This document shows, in pieces, positions 53,975-64,000 of a stretch of 64,000 nt of DNA. The stretch's first letter is position 1, and every line of letters begins with the position of its first letter. Location of the stretch: positions 310,001 through 374,000 of the forward strand of contig NIVC01000947.1 in assembly GCA_002269645.1 (NCBI GenBank). The letters run 5' to 3'. Position numbers and translations under genes: made by a program. Origin of the DNA: Macrostomum lignano. Lineage: Eukaryota. A model generated the notes under the pieces. The model was not told where the DNA came from, searched no databases, and was given only the letters and a program-made list of their open reading frames with translations.

Positions 53975-56900
53975 ATGTCAACTGCTGAAGAAGACACCAC
54001 TAATTATAATAATTGTTCCGACAATGAAAGCAGCCATTCCAAAGATGTCAAACAAGAAACTAACGAGGTTGCTTTGCAGAAGCAGAAGACTGCAACTTCT
54101 GCAGCAGTGGAAGCCGAAGAAGAAGACCACCAGCACGAGGATGTCGAAATTGAGCACGAAGTTCACGAACACGAAGTTGAGTTCGCTGACGAGGCCGAGA
54201 AGTCCACCGCTAGTCCCTGTTCGGTGCCCGAGCCTGAGCACTGCTCATTTCGAACTCCGCCTCCTCCCGTGCAGCAGTCTTCTGCTCCCGGCGATTCGAT
54301 GCCTATGTCGCAATCGGAACTTCTTGGAAAATTTGTAAGAAATAAACATTTTAACACATTTTTAACTGTAATTTTTTACTCTTTAAATGTCGAACTTCCC
54401 TCTTTGAACACCTGTCAGTGTCAGTGGCAGCTTCAGTTTGAAAGTCCAACAAATTGTAAACAAAAAGACTGTCACAAATAATACCTCTAACTGTGCTACT
54501 GAACGCCGTACTGCAGTAGTAATATGCGATTATATGAATTGCAACTGTAAATTATATTTTCTCTTGTAGATAAAATTTCACCCTAAATCCGCAAGAATCT
54601 CACCCCAGATCCAAAAGAATCTCACTCAGATCCACAAGAATCTCACCCCAGATCCGCAAGAATCTCACCCCAGATCCGCAAGAATCTCACTCAGATCCGC
54701 AAGAATCTCACCCCAGATCCGAAAGAATCTCACTCAGATCCGCAAGAATCTCACTCAGATCCGCAAGAATCTCACCCCAGATCCGCAAGAATCTCACCCC
54801 AGATCCGAAAGAATCTCACCCCAGATCCGCAAGAATCTCACCCCAGATCCGCAAGAAGCTCACCCCATATCCGCAAGAATCTCACCCCAGATCCGCAAGA
54901 ATCTCACCCCAGATCCGCAAGAATCTCACCCCAGATCCGCAAGAATCTCACCCCAGATCCGCAAGAATCTCACTCAGATCCGCAAGAATCTCACCCCAGA
55001 TCCGAAAGAATCTCACTCAGATCCGCAAGAATCTCACCCCATATCCGCAAGAAGCTCACCCCATATCCGCAAGAATCTCATCCCAGGTCCGCAAGAATCT
55101 CACCCCAGATCCGCAAGAATCTCACCCCATATCCGCAAGAATCTCATCCCAGGTCCGCAAGAATCTCACCCCATATCCGCAAGAATCTCATCCCAGGTCC
55201 GCAAGAATCTCACCCCAGATCCGCAAGAATCTCACCCCATATCCGCAAGAATCTCATCCCAGGTCCGCAAGAATCTCACCCCATATCCGCAAGAATCTCA
55301 CTCAGATCCGCAAGAATCTCACCCCAGATCCAAAAGAATCTCACTCCAGATCCACACAAAAATCTCACCCCAGATCAGCAAGAATCTCACCCCAGATCCG
55401 CAAGAATCTCACCCCATATCCGCTAGAATCTCACCCCATATCCGCAAGAATCTCACCCCATATCCGCTAGAATCTCACCCCATATCCGCAAGAATCTCAC
55501 CCCATATCCGCAAGAATCTCACCCCATATCCGCAAGAATCTCACCCCAGATCCGCAAGAATCTCACCACATATCCGCAAGAATCTCACTCAGATCCGCAA
55601 GAATCTCACCCCAGATCCGCAAGAATCTCACTCAGATCCGCAAGAATCTCACCCCAGATCCGCAAGAATCTCACTCAGATCCGCAAGAATCTCACCCCCA
55701 TCTCATCGACGCCACAGCCGCAGGATGAACCCCAGTCGGCCGCCAGCTGCTCATCCTCTCACAGCGTGGCCAGTGTGGAAGTGGAGCGCTCCTGCATGGA
55801 GACCAGAGGCCTGGTGAACGTGAAGTGGGACATCACCAGGAAGAACAAGGCCAGCATAGTGATTGACGGCTACAAAATGACGGAGAGCCGGGCTGGCAAG
55901 GACGGCCGGGTGTTCTGGCGCTGCAGCAAGCGGTTCTGCCCAGCCACGGCCATCAGCCTGGCGCAGAGGCTGGTCTCCGTGCGCCAGGTTGACGCCAGGA
56001 GGTTCCACAATCATCCGCCTACTGGCAAGGAGGAGTTCTTCCGCGGGGATTTCGCTAATCCTGGGACTCCTACCCAGGTGAGGGCGCAAGATGGTTTGAA
56101 AGACAGGAATCTTAAGATTTTGGGCTTGTTATCTTTGGGGATTTGGGATCCTTGGGGATTTAGGATCTTTAGAGATTTGGGATCCTTGGGGATTTAGGAT
56201 CTTTAGGGATTTGGGATTTTAGGGATTTGGGATCTTTGGGGTTTTGGGATCTTTAGGGATTTTAGGGATTTAGAATATTTGGGGTTTTGGGATCTTTAGA
56301 GATTTGGGATCTTTGGGGATTTGGGATCTTTAGGGATTTGGGATCTTTAGGGATTTTAGATCTTTGGGATCATCTGGAATCTTTAGGGATTTAGGATCTT
56401 TAGGGATTTGGGATTTTAAGGATTTAGAATCTTTGGGGTTTTGGGATCTTTAGGGATTTGGGATTGGGTCAGAGACTTGGAATTTTGGGATTCGCGATTT
56501 GGGATCTTTGAGGATTTGGAATATTTGGCATTCAGAATCTTAAGGATTTGGGATCTTAGGGGTTCGGGATCTTGGGATCTGAAATCTGCAAAGCGCCGCA
56601 ATAAAACCCGGCAACTTTCTATGCTCAGGTGACCATCAAGTGGCCCGTCACTCGTCTGTCAGTCACCGGCTCCCTGGACGTCGATGACAACCCAGCGGCA
56701 GCTGCCAGTGTAGTTGAAGATTCGCATCCAGCCTCGGAGGATCTGGAAGGCGGCGGCAGCAACAGCAAGAAGAACTTGTCGATAAAGCGAAGTGCCCTTC
56801 TGCGCCGGCGTCGAGAACGACGTCGAGGAGAACAGCAGCAGCAGCAGCTGTGTCGGAATGCCGACGGCGCGTCAGCTGTTGAAGAGGCTGGCGGCCTTCA

Positions 56901-58742
56901 AGTCGCTGACGACTGCCTGCTGGATGCTGACTCGACCGCTCTGAGCGGAGGCGGTCCCGGCCTGCAGTACCGGGACTCCTCCCTGCTGCTCGGCTCATCG
57001 GCTGAGTCAGTTGACGCCCCTCAGGCCAAGCGAGTTCGACACGAGTCGCTGGAGGACTTGGCGAGCATCCAGCAGAGGCTGACGGACTCGCTGAGTGGCG
57101 TGGCCGGACTGGAGACTGCGCAGGGCGGCGGCGGCCTGCAGGTGAGAGGCGACTTCTTGAAATCCTCATTTTATAGGAATCTGAAACTCCCCCCCATTTT
57201 TATTCCTCATCTTTAATTTGGGATCTGGAAATCCTCATTGTAATTTGGGATCTGGAAATCCTCATTTTAATTTGGGATCTGGAAATCCTCATTTTAATTT
57301 GGGATCTGAAAATCCTCAATTTTATTTGGGATCAATGAAAATCCCAATTTTTATTTGGGATCTGAAAATCCTCATTTTTATTTGGGATCTGAAAATCCTC
57401 ATTTTTATTTGGGATCTGAAAATCCTCATTTTTATTTGGGATCAGTGAAAATCCTCATTTTTATTTGGGATCTGAAAATCCTCAATTTTATTTGGGATCA
57501 GTGAAAATCCTCATTTTTATTTGGGATCTGAAAATCCTCAATTTTATTTGGGATCAGTGAAAATCCTCATTTTTATTTGGGATCTGAAAATCCTCATTTT
57601 TATTTGGGATCAGTGAAAATCCTCATTTTTATTTGGGATCAGTGAAAATCCTCATTTTTATTTGGGATCTGAAAATCCTCATTTTTATTTGGGATCTGAA
57701 AATCCTCATTTTTATTTGGGATCTGAAAATCCTCAATTTTATTTGGGATCAATGAAAATCCTCATTTTTATTTGGGATCAGTGAAAATCCTCATTTTTAT
57801 TTGGGATCAGTGAAAATCCTCATTTTTATTTGGGATCAGTGAAAATCCTCATTTTTATTTGGGATCTGTAAATCCTCATTTTTATTTGGGATCAGTGAAA
57901 ATCCTCATTTTTATTTGGGATCAGTGAAAATCCTCTTTTTTCTTTGTATCTGAAAATCCTAATTTTCATTTGGGATCTGAATTAATAAAATACTACTATT
58001 TAGTAATATTAAAGAATCCCAACCCGTCCACCAATTCAAGGCCCTAGCAACAGCCGCTGGTTTCCATGGCAACAGCTATTCGACGGGCTGCTCTTCGAAC
58101 TCGGTCTCTACAGCGTCAGTCGCGCCTCTGCTGAGAGGCTTGAAGTCCACGCCATCCGCTGCCTCCAGCGGCTCCAGCAGTCACCAGCACCAGCAGCAGG
58201 TGCTGCTCCATCAGCAGCATCAGCATCTGCAAGGACTGGACAGTCAGACCCAGAAGGCACTCCTAGCCATGGCGTTGAATGGCTTCAACAGTCAGCAGCA
58301 GTCGCAGCAGCCTCCGCCGCCGCCGCCGCCCTACAATCCGATCTTCAACCCGCCGCCTCAGCAGCAGCAGCAGCATCTGTCTCTCAGTTCTCAACAGTTC
58401 CCTCATCAGTCTTCATCAGCTGCTGCTGCTAATCTGTTCTCCCTTGCCGCAGTCGGCAGTCACAGCAGCTCGCCGCTGAAAGAGGCTCTGAGCCAGATCG
58501 ACAACAGCCAGTTGAGAAGGCAGCTGCGCAGATTAGAGAACTACTTCCGGTCGGGTATTGTGGCGGTTTCAGAGGCCATATTACGCCAGTCGGTGGCTAA
58601 CAGTTCGGCACAGCTGACCGGCTCAGCGTTTGGCTTCAAGGCTGGTGGCGGTGCCAGCAGTGAGCAGGAGAGGTTAGGAAGGCTGCTCAACTATTTGGAA
58701 GGCTTGGAGCGGGTCAACAAACTGGCCCAGGACTTGGCCTGA
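53975..58742 (+). CDS. FLYWCH zinc-finger protein, 644 aa; exons 53975-54334, 55718-56077, 56629-57141, 58041-58742
   Basis: Four phase-0 GT-AG exons total 1935 nt. Exon 2 encodes WDITRKNKASIVIDGYKMTESRAGKDGRVFWRCSKRFCPATA...HNH (FLYWCH pattern GY..., W-R-C...C, H-N-H). The rest is acidic, Ser-rich and Gln/Pro-rich. The exon 2 acceptor could alternatively be 55724. Confidence 0.85.
54580..55700. repeat. 22-bp minisatellite GAATCTCACCCCAGATCCGCAA, about 50 copies
   Basis: FLYWCH gene intron 1, ending about 17 nt before the acceptor. Confidence 0.95.
56115..56580. repeat. Degenerate GGGATCTTT/TAGGGATTT repeat
   Basis: FLYWCH gene intron 2. Confidence 0.85.
57215..57980. repeat. 27-bp minisatellite TTTTTATTTGGGATCTGAAAATCCTCA, about 27 copies
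   Basis: FLYWCH gene intron 3. Confidence 0.95.
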
Positions 58743-58764
58743 TAAAGCTGCTAGATTCGGGTTG

Positions 58765-59100
58765 ATATGGATTTTGGATCTTGGGATTTGGGATCTTGGG
58801 ATTTTGGATCTTGGGATTTGGGATCTTGGGATTTGGGATCTTGGGATTTTGGATCTAGGGATTTGGGATCTTGGGATTTGGGATCTTGGGATTTGGGATC
58901 TTGGGATTTGGGATCTTGGGATTTGAGATCTTGGGATTTGAGATCTTGGGATTTGAGATCTTGGGATTTGGGATCTTGGAAGTTTGGATCTTGGGATTTG
59001 GGATCTTGGAATTTGGGATCTTGGGAATTGGGATCTTGGGATTTTGGATCTAGGGATTTGGGATCTTGGGATTTAGGATTTGGGATCTAGGGATTAAGGA
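58765..59100. repeat. 15-bp minisatellite GATTTGGGATCTTGG, about 22 copies
   Basis: Begins about 25 nt after the FLYWCH gene stop codon. Confidence 0.95.
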
Positions 59101-60109
59101 TCTTATGATTTGGGATCATTGGATTTGGAAACTTATTTTATATGATTTTAACAATTCTGGGATTTTAGAATCAACAATTTTTAGATTTCAGAATTAGCCT
59201 TTTATTATACTTTATGTTCCAATTTTAGGACAAGGAACCTTTTATTTGGACTTACCAATTAAGGATTAAGGATTTCCATTGACAGATTTTGGGAAGATTT
59301 CAATTCCGTAGATCCCAAACTCAAAGATCCTGATCCCATTTATCCGTACATTAATGAGCGTCTCATTAGCTAATATTGTTCCGGCTGTAAATTTTAAGCT
59401 TTTTAATATTTATTTTCATTTTTATTGCCTTAAGTCTTGAATTGGAACTGTTGCCTTTTCTGCTGCCACAAGAACTGCTGAACTATTTTATACAATATGT
59501 AAATTTGCCACAATCGCCAAAACAATTTATCATGTAATCCGCTTGCTCACCGGCTCTCGGCCTGTCGTCTGTTAATCAACATTTTTACAAATTATTTGTT
59601 AACTGAAATTCACTATTCCGGTTTGCGTGCGCAAATTTTGCTACTTACAGTAAAGTAGTTTGAATTTTTCTGTTTATCTTTTTTCTAAACGAATAAATAC
59701 TCGTGAGCTGCTCCCGGTCAAAGTCAAGTTTTTAGGATTTTTCAGCTGCCACTATTATTATTATTAGCATTATTATCATATTAACATGAACCAGGTAGTC
59801 CTATCTTCTTTTTTGTTACAAATTGCTGCTCAAACATTGCTGATCTTCATTGGTACACATTGCTGAACAAGAGGCTTCTTGGTGAAATTCCATGGCTTGT
59901 GTTTATTGTGTGTTTCTGTACAGTTTTTGAAAGGCTCAAATTGTATTTCTTACCTGTGTAATCTGTGCTGCGTTATTAGCTGGCAATTATTGATCGCATT
60001 ATGCAAATAAGTACAATATGCACCCTGCAATGCCAAAGACTGCGTTTTTGTGCCCCCTTTTTTACGAGTAGTTCAAGCCGGTTTGTTTACAGTGTCAAAA
60101 TAATTTCAA

Positions 60110-60915
60110 TTTTGTCTGTCACTCTATTTGTCACCTTTATCTGTCACTTATAGCAATTATTAAATTATCTGTCACTCATCTGTCACTCTCATCTTTCACT
60201 CTCATCTGTCACTCATCTGTCACTCTTATCTGTCACTCTCATCTGTCACTCATCTGTCACTCTTTATCTGTCACTCATCTGTCACTCATCTGTCACTCAT
60301 CTGTCACTCTTTATCTGTCACTCTTTACCTGTCACTCTTTACCTGTCACTCTTTATCTTTCACTTATCTGTCACTCATCTGTCACTCTCATCTTTCACTC
60401 TTTATCTGTCACTCTTTATGTGTCACTCTTTATCTGTCACTCTCATCTTTCACTCTTTATCTGTCACTCTTTATGTGTCACTCTTTATCTGTCACTCATC
60501 TGTCACTCTTTACTTGTCCCTCTTTACCTGTCACTCTTTATCCTTCACTTATCTGTCACTCTTTACTTGTCACTCTTTACCTGTCACTCTTTATCCTTCA
60601 CTTATCTGTCACTCTTTATCTTTCAGTTATCTGTCACTCTTTATCTTTCAGTTATCTGTCACTCTTTATCTTTCAGTTATCTGTCACTCTTTATCTTTCA
60701 GTTATCTGTCACTCTTTATCTTTCAGTTATCTGTCACTCTTTATCTTTCAGTTATCTGTCACTCTTTATCTTTCAGTTATCTGTCACTCTTTATCTTTCA
60801 GTTATCTGTCACTCTTTATCTTTCAGTTATCTGTCACTCTTTATCTTTCAGTTATCTGTCACTCTTTATCTTTCAGTTATCTGTCACTCTTTATCTTTCA
60901 GTTATCTGTCACTTA
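60110..60915. repeat. TCTGTCACTCTTTA-type repeat maturing into a 25-bp unit ACTCTTTATCTTTCAGTTATCTGTC
   Basis: Tandem periodicity. Confidence 0.9.
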
Positions 60916-61524
60916 TCTATCGCTCACCTGTCACTGCTTCCCTCAGCCCTAGCTGCTCATCAATATGTACCATAATGCACCATACCGGCTAACCGCAGCA
61001 ATCCAATACTCGAATCAGTCAGAGTAACTCACTTCCCCATGCAGTGAATTTTGCTTGCTTTTTTATTGCTTCTAGCTAGTACTATTTTTTACCCCATCCC
61101 TTGAAGCAACTTTGCTCGTCTTTTTGCGTGCTATTTTTCTATGAATACTACTTTGAGTAGCTGAAATCTTTATGACTGGCACTCTTTAATTAGCTATTTT
61201 GTTGATGATTTTGTCTCTTTTTGTACCAACTTTTATCGATATGAGCGGATTGATGATGGCTTGTTTATCGTTCGTGTTTGCATCGAAATATAATTACCTA
61301 ATAACTGCTGATTTCTGTTGCCTTGGCAGCCGTGTACTGCCCATTCAGTTGGATTAGTAACTGACTGCTCTCTGCTTTGTTGCTCCTGAGGTCGGCTTTC
61401 AATATCTGTAGGAGGGAGAGGGAGACAAGGGGGGACAGACGGTGCGCAATGGAGTCGGAGAGCCGCAAGAGACCGGCATTTTGGCGGAGAATCGCTACCA
61501 CAATTATTACTTGAGCACGTGTCT

Positions 61525-61975
61525 CCCTCTCCCCTATCTACCTCTCCCCTATCTCCCTCTCCCCTATCTCCCTCTCCCCTATCTCCTCCCCCTATCTCCC
61601 TCTCTCTTATCGCTCTCTCCCCTATCTCCCTCTCTCTTATCGCTCTCTCCCCTATCTCCCTCTCTCTTATCGCTCTCTCCCCTATCTCCCTCTCTCTTAT
61701 CGCTCTCTCCCCTATCTCCCTCTCTCTTATCGCTCTCTCCCCTATCTCCCTCTCTCTTATCGCTCTCTCCCCTATATCCCTCCCTATCTCCCTCCCCTAT
61801 CTCCCTCTCTCTTATCGCTCTCTCCCCTATATCCCTCCCTATCTCCCTCCCCTATCTCACTCTCTCTTATCGCTCTCTCCCCCTATATCCCTCCCCCTAT
61901 CTCCCTCTCCCCTATCTACCTCTCCCCTATCTCCCTCTCCCCTATCTCCCTCTCCCCTATCTACCTCTCTCCTCT
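61525..61975. repeat. C/T-rich repeat (CCCTATCTCCCTCTC / 30-bp variant with TTATCGCTC)
   Basis: Tandem periodicity. Confidence 0.9.
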
Positions 61976-62414
61976 CACAGGCGCGTCGCCTGCGGCGCTA
62001 AAATGAGTGCTTGCGGTGCCAAAATGAGGGCTAAAATTTAGTCACGTACATGTACATTTTAAGTTATTGGCTTTGTCCCCCCACCATAAAATTCATGAGA
62101 CCTCTCATTTCCCCTATTCCCTCTCCTACATTCGACAAAAGAATTCTGACTAATTATTTTTTGTTCAAAGAAACCTGTTAATTAAACAAGTAAGGTGAAT
62201 AAATATGCTGTCTAATTAGTTGCAATTTCTGTTGAAACATTCTTATACAGAGATTCAAGGTGAGTAACGGTTATATGAGCAGCCAAGTGACAAGGTATAT
62301 GTTAATATTTGTTTTAGATAAATAATTTGCTTTTTATTAAATGTTAAAAACATAAATAAAAAGGAACATGCGAGCTACACCCTTGCAATGCGCGCGTACG
62401 TTTCTGAGATTTGT

Positions 62415-62615
62415 CTCTAGAGTGGTGTCAGGGTCTCCAGAGTGGTGTCAGGGTCTCCAGAGTGGTGTCAGGGTCTCCAGAGTGGTGTCAGGGTCTCCAG
62501 AGTGGTGTCAGGGTCTCCAGAGTGGTGTCAGGGTCTCCAGAGTGGTGTCAGGGTCTCCAGAGTGGTGTCAGGGTCTCCAGAGTGGTGTCAGGGTCTTCAG
62601 GGTGGTGTCAGGGTG
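62415..62615. repeat. 20-bp minisatellite AGAGTGGTGTCAGGGTCTCC, about 10 copies
   Basis: Near-perfect tandem copies. Confidence 0.95.
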
Positions 62616-62828
62616 TCTAAAGAGGCCTAAGAGAAGTCTTAAATTAAATGTCAGGCTTTAAGGGTACAACAGTCACAGTTTAAAAGGTCTTGAGACTCAA
62701 CAAAATGGCAAATCAAAAGTCTTCATGCCAGTTTGCAGAGTTAGCAATGACGCAGGTTCGCTTGGTGCAAAAGTCCGAGCTTATATGCGGTGCGCACTAC
62801 TCATCAGTAGGCTGGCCAGCCCGCACAA

Positions 62829-63716
62829 TCAGGCCCAGCTGGAAGGCATGAACCTGGGGATGTCGTCGGCGTCAACCTGCTTGACGTAGCGGATGCGAGA
62901 TTTGCCGCAGCAGCGCCGGCAGCAGCGCACCAGGCAGAGGCCCAGCAGCACCAGCAGCGTCACCCCGACAATGGTGTACAGCACCAGCAGGGTGATCACC
63001 TCGGAGGAGCTCTGGCCGTTCATCAGGGCCTTCAACGCGCTCCGAGGATCTTTGTCGGCCGTCGCAGATGACGCCGAACCACCGCCTTTGCCGGTGGAAT
63101 TTTGCGAATCTTCGGGCAACTCAAAGTCGACCATCAGCGGCGCCTGCGAGCTCGGCGACGCCGCCGCGGCAGTCGCGGCCGCCGGCTTGGTGGCAGCCGT
63201 GCTGGGGACGCTGCCCCAGGGCGGCAGCCAGCCCTTCGGGTGGCCGTCGGGTCCCAGGGCGATCACGGGGAACTTCGCATGGTCCAGAGCCTCGTCGCCG
63301 GGCAGAAGCGGCTGCGGGTTGGCGTACTCGACTTCGTCGTCTCCTTCAGCTGCTGGAATCATCGAGTCAGAGTCGTCTGTGGATTCGACAGGCTCAGCGG
63401 GACTTTCAGCTGCATGTGCAGTCTTTGCTGCAGTCTTTGTTGCAGTCTTTGTTGCAGTCTTTGTTGCAGTCTTTGTAGTGGTCCTGGTTGCAGCCACCGT
63501 AGACGAGAAGCCGCTGCCCGGCACCGGGGTGGTTCTCCGAGGCCGGAGCTCGAACTCGTCGATCGGGGTGCCGCGCTGGCAGAGGAACCTGCGGCGGTGC
63601 CGGCAGGTGGTGTGGTGCAGCCTGAGTGAACCTCTCCGAAGCAGCAGGCAGGAGCACCGGCTGGGTGGCGCGGATCTGCTGCTGCCGCTGCTCCAGGACT
63701 TTGCCGAGTGGTGCAC
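62829..63716 (-). CDS. Terminal exon of a type-I membrane protein: C-type-lectin-like C-terminal segment, Thr/Ala/Pro-rich stalk, TM helix, Cys-rich juxtamembrane tail (5'-partial)
   Basis: Acceptor ccggccag/GTG at 63716, 295-codon open frame. SRCSCLLL...HHTTCRHRRRFLCQR resembles the C..C..FxC end of a CTLD (inference); TKTA repeats; TM VITLLVLYTIVGVTLLVLLGLCLV; RCCRRCC. Upstream exons lie beyond the window. Confidence 0.7.
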   Translation of the reverse strand: MHHSAKSWSSGSSRSAPPSRCSCLLLRRGSLRLHHTTCRHRRRFLCQRGTPIDEFELRPRRTTPVPGSGFSSTVAATRTTTKTATKTATKTATKTAAKTAHAAESPAEPVESTDDSDSMIPAAEGDDEVEYANPQPLLPGDEALDHAKFPVIALGPDGHPKGWLPPWGSVPSTAATKPAAATAAAASPSSQAPLMVDFELPEDSQNSTGKGGGSASSATADKDPRSALKALMNGQSSSEVITLLVLYTIVGVTLLVLLGLCLVRCCRRCCGKSRIRYVKQVDADDIPRFMPSSWA

Positions 63717-63764
63717 CTGGCCGGTTTGAGGACAACAGAGGGTGACAGGCTTTGAGAACCGTCT

Positions 63765-64000
63765 GTAACAGCCTGAAACAGGCCTGATAACAGACTGAAA
63801 CAGGCTTGATAACAGACTGAAACAGTCTGGATAACAGCCTGAAACAGGCCTGATAACAGCCTGAAACAGGCTTGATAACAGCCTGAGACAGGCTTGATAA
63901 CAGACTGAAACAGTCTGGATAACAGCCTGAAACAGGCTTGATAACAGCCTGAAACAGGCTTGATAACAGACTGAAACAGTCTGGATAACAACCTGAAACC
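63765..64000. repeat. 22-bp minisatellite GATAACAGMCTGAAACAGGCTT (truncated by window edge)
   Basis: In the intron upstream of the 63716 acceptor. Confidence 0.9.

Noticed and set aside
56115-56580. TTAGGG-containing stretch as an interstitial telomere
   Set aside because: TTAGGG occurs only singly within GGGATTT/GGGATCT units, never as a tandem hexamer.
62750-62812. CTGATGAG on the minus strand as a hammerhead ribozyme core
   Set aside because: No GAAA partner or convincing stems II/III at suitable spacing.

Overview
Eukaryotic (animal) genomic DNA: GC-rich spliced exons in AT-rich or tandem-repeat-filled introns. No prokaryotic features, CRISPR array or RNA gene was seen. Six protein-coding genes can be reconstructed with in-phase GT-AG junctions: (1) calcineurin A catalytic subunit (-, first 8 coding exons; 3' end runs off the left edge); (2) a complete Misshapen/MAP4K4-TNIK-MINK1 kinase with polyQ linker and CNH domain (+, 4 exons, 1168 aa); (3) molybdopterin synthase sulfur carrier MOCS2A (+, 2 exons, no convincing genomic ATG); (4) an SH2 + Src-family kinase-domain protein with a degenerate ATP site, i.e. 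a predicted pseudokinase (+, 2 exons, 408 aa); (5) a FLYWCH zinc-finger protein (+, 4 exons, 644 aa); (6) the last exon of a single-pass membrane protein with a C-type-lectin-like tail and mucin-like stalk (-). Several further exon-like segments could not be identified. A 632-bp Merlin (IS1595-like) transposon derivative with TIRs, an 8-bp TSD and CpG-decay-type lesions lies between the divergent calcineurin and MAP4K genes. By hand summation roughly 25 kb (about 40%) of the window is about 35 different mini/microsatellite arrays, which fill most longer introns and explain nearly all long ORFs in the ORF track. Sequence style is compatible with a free-living flatworm such as Macrostomum; this is inference only, and the spliced-leader hypothesis below depends on it.
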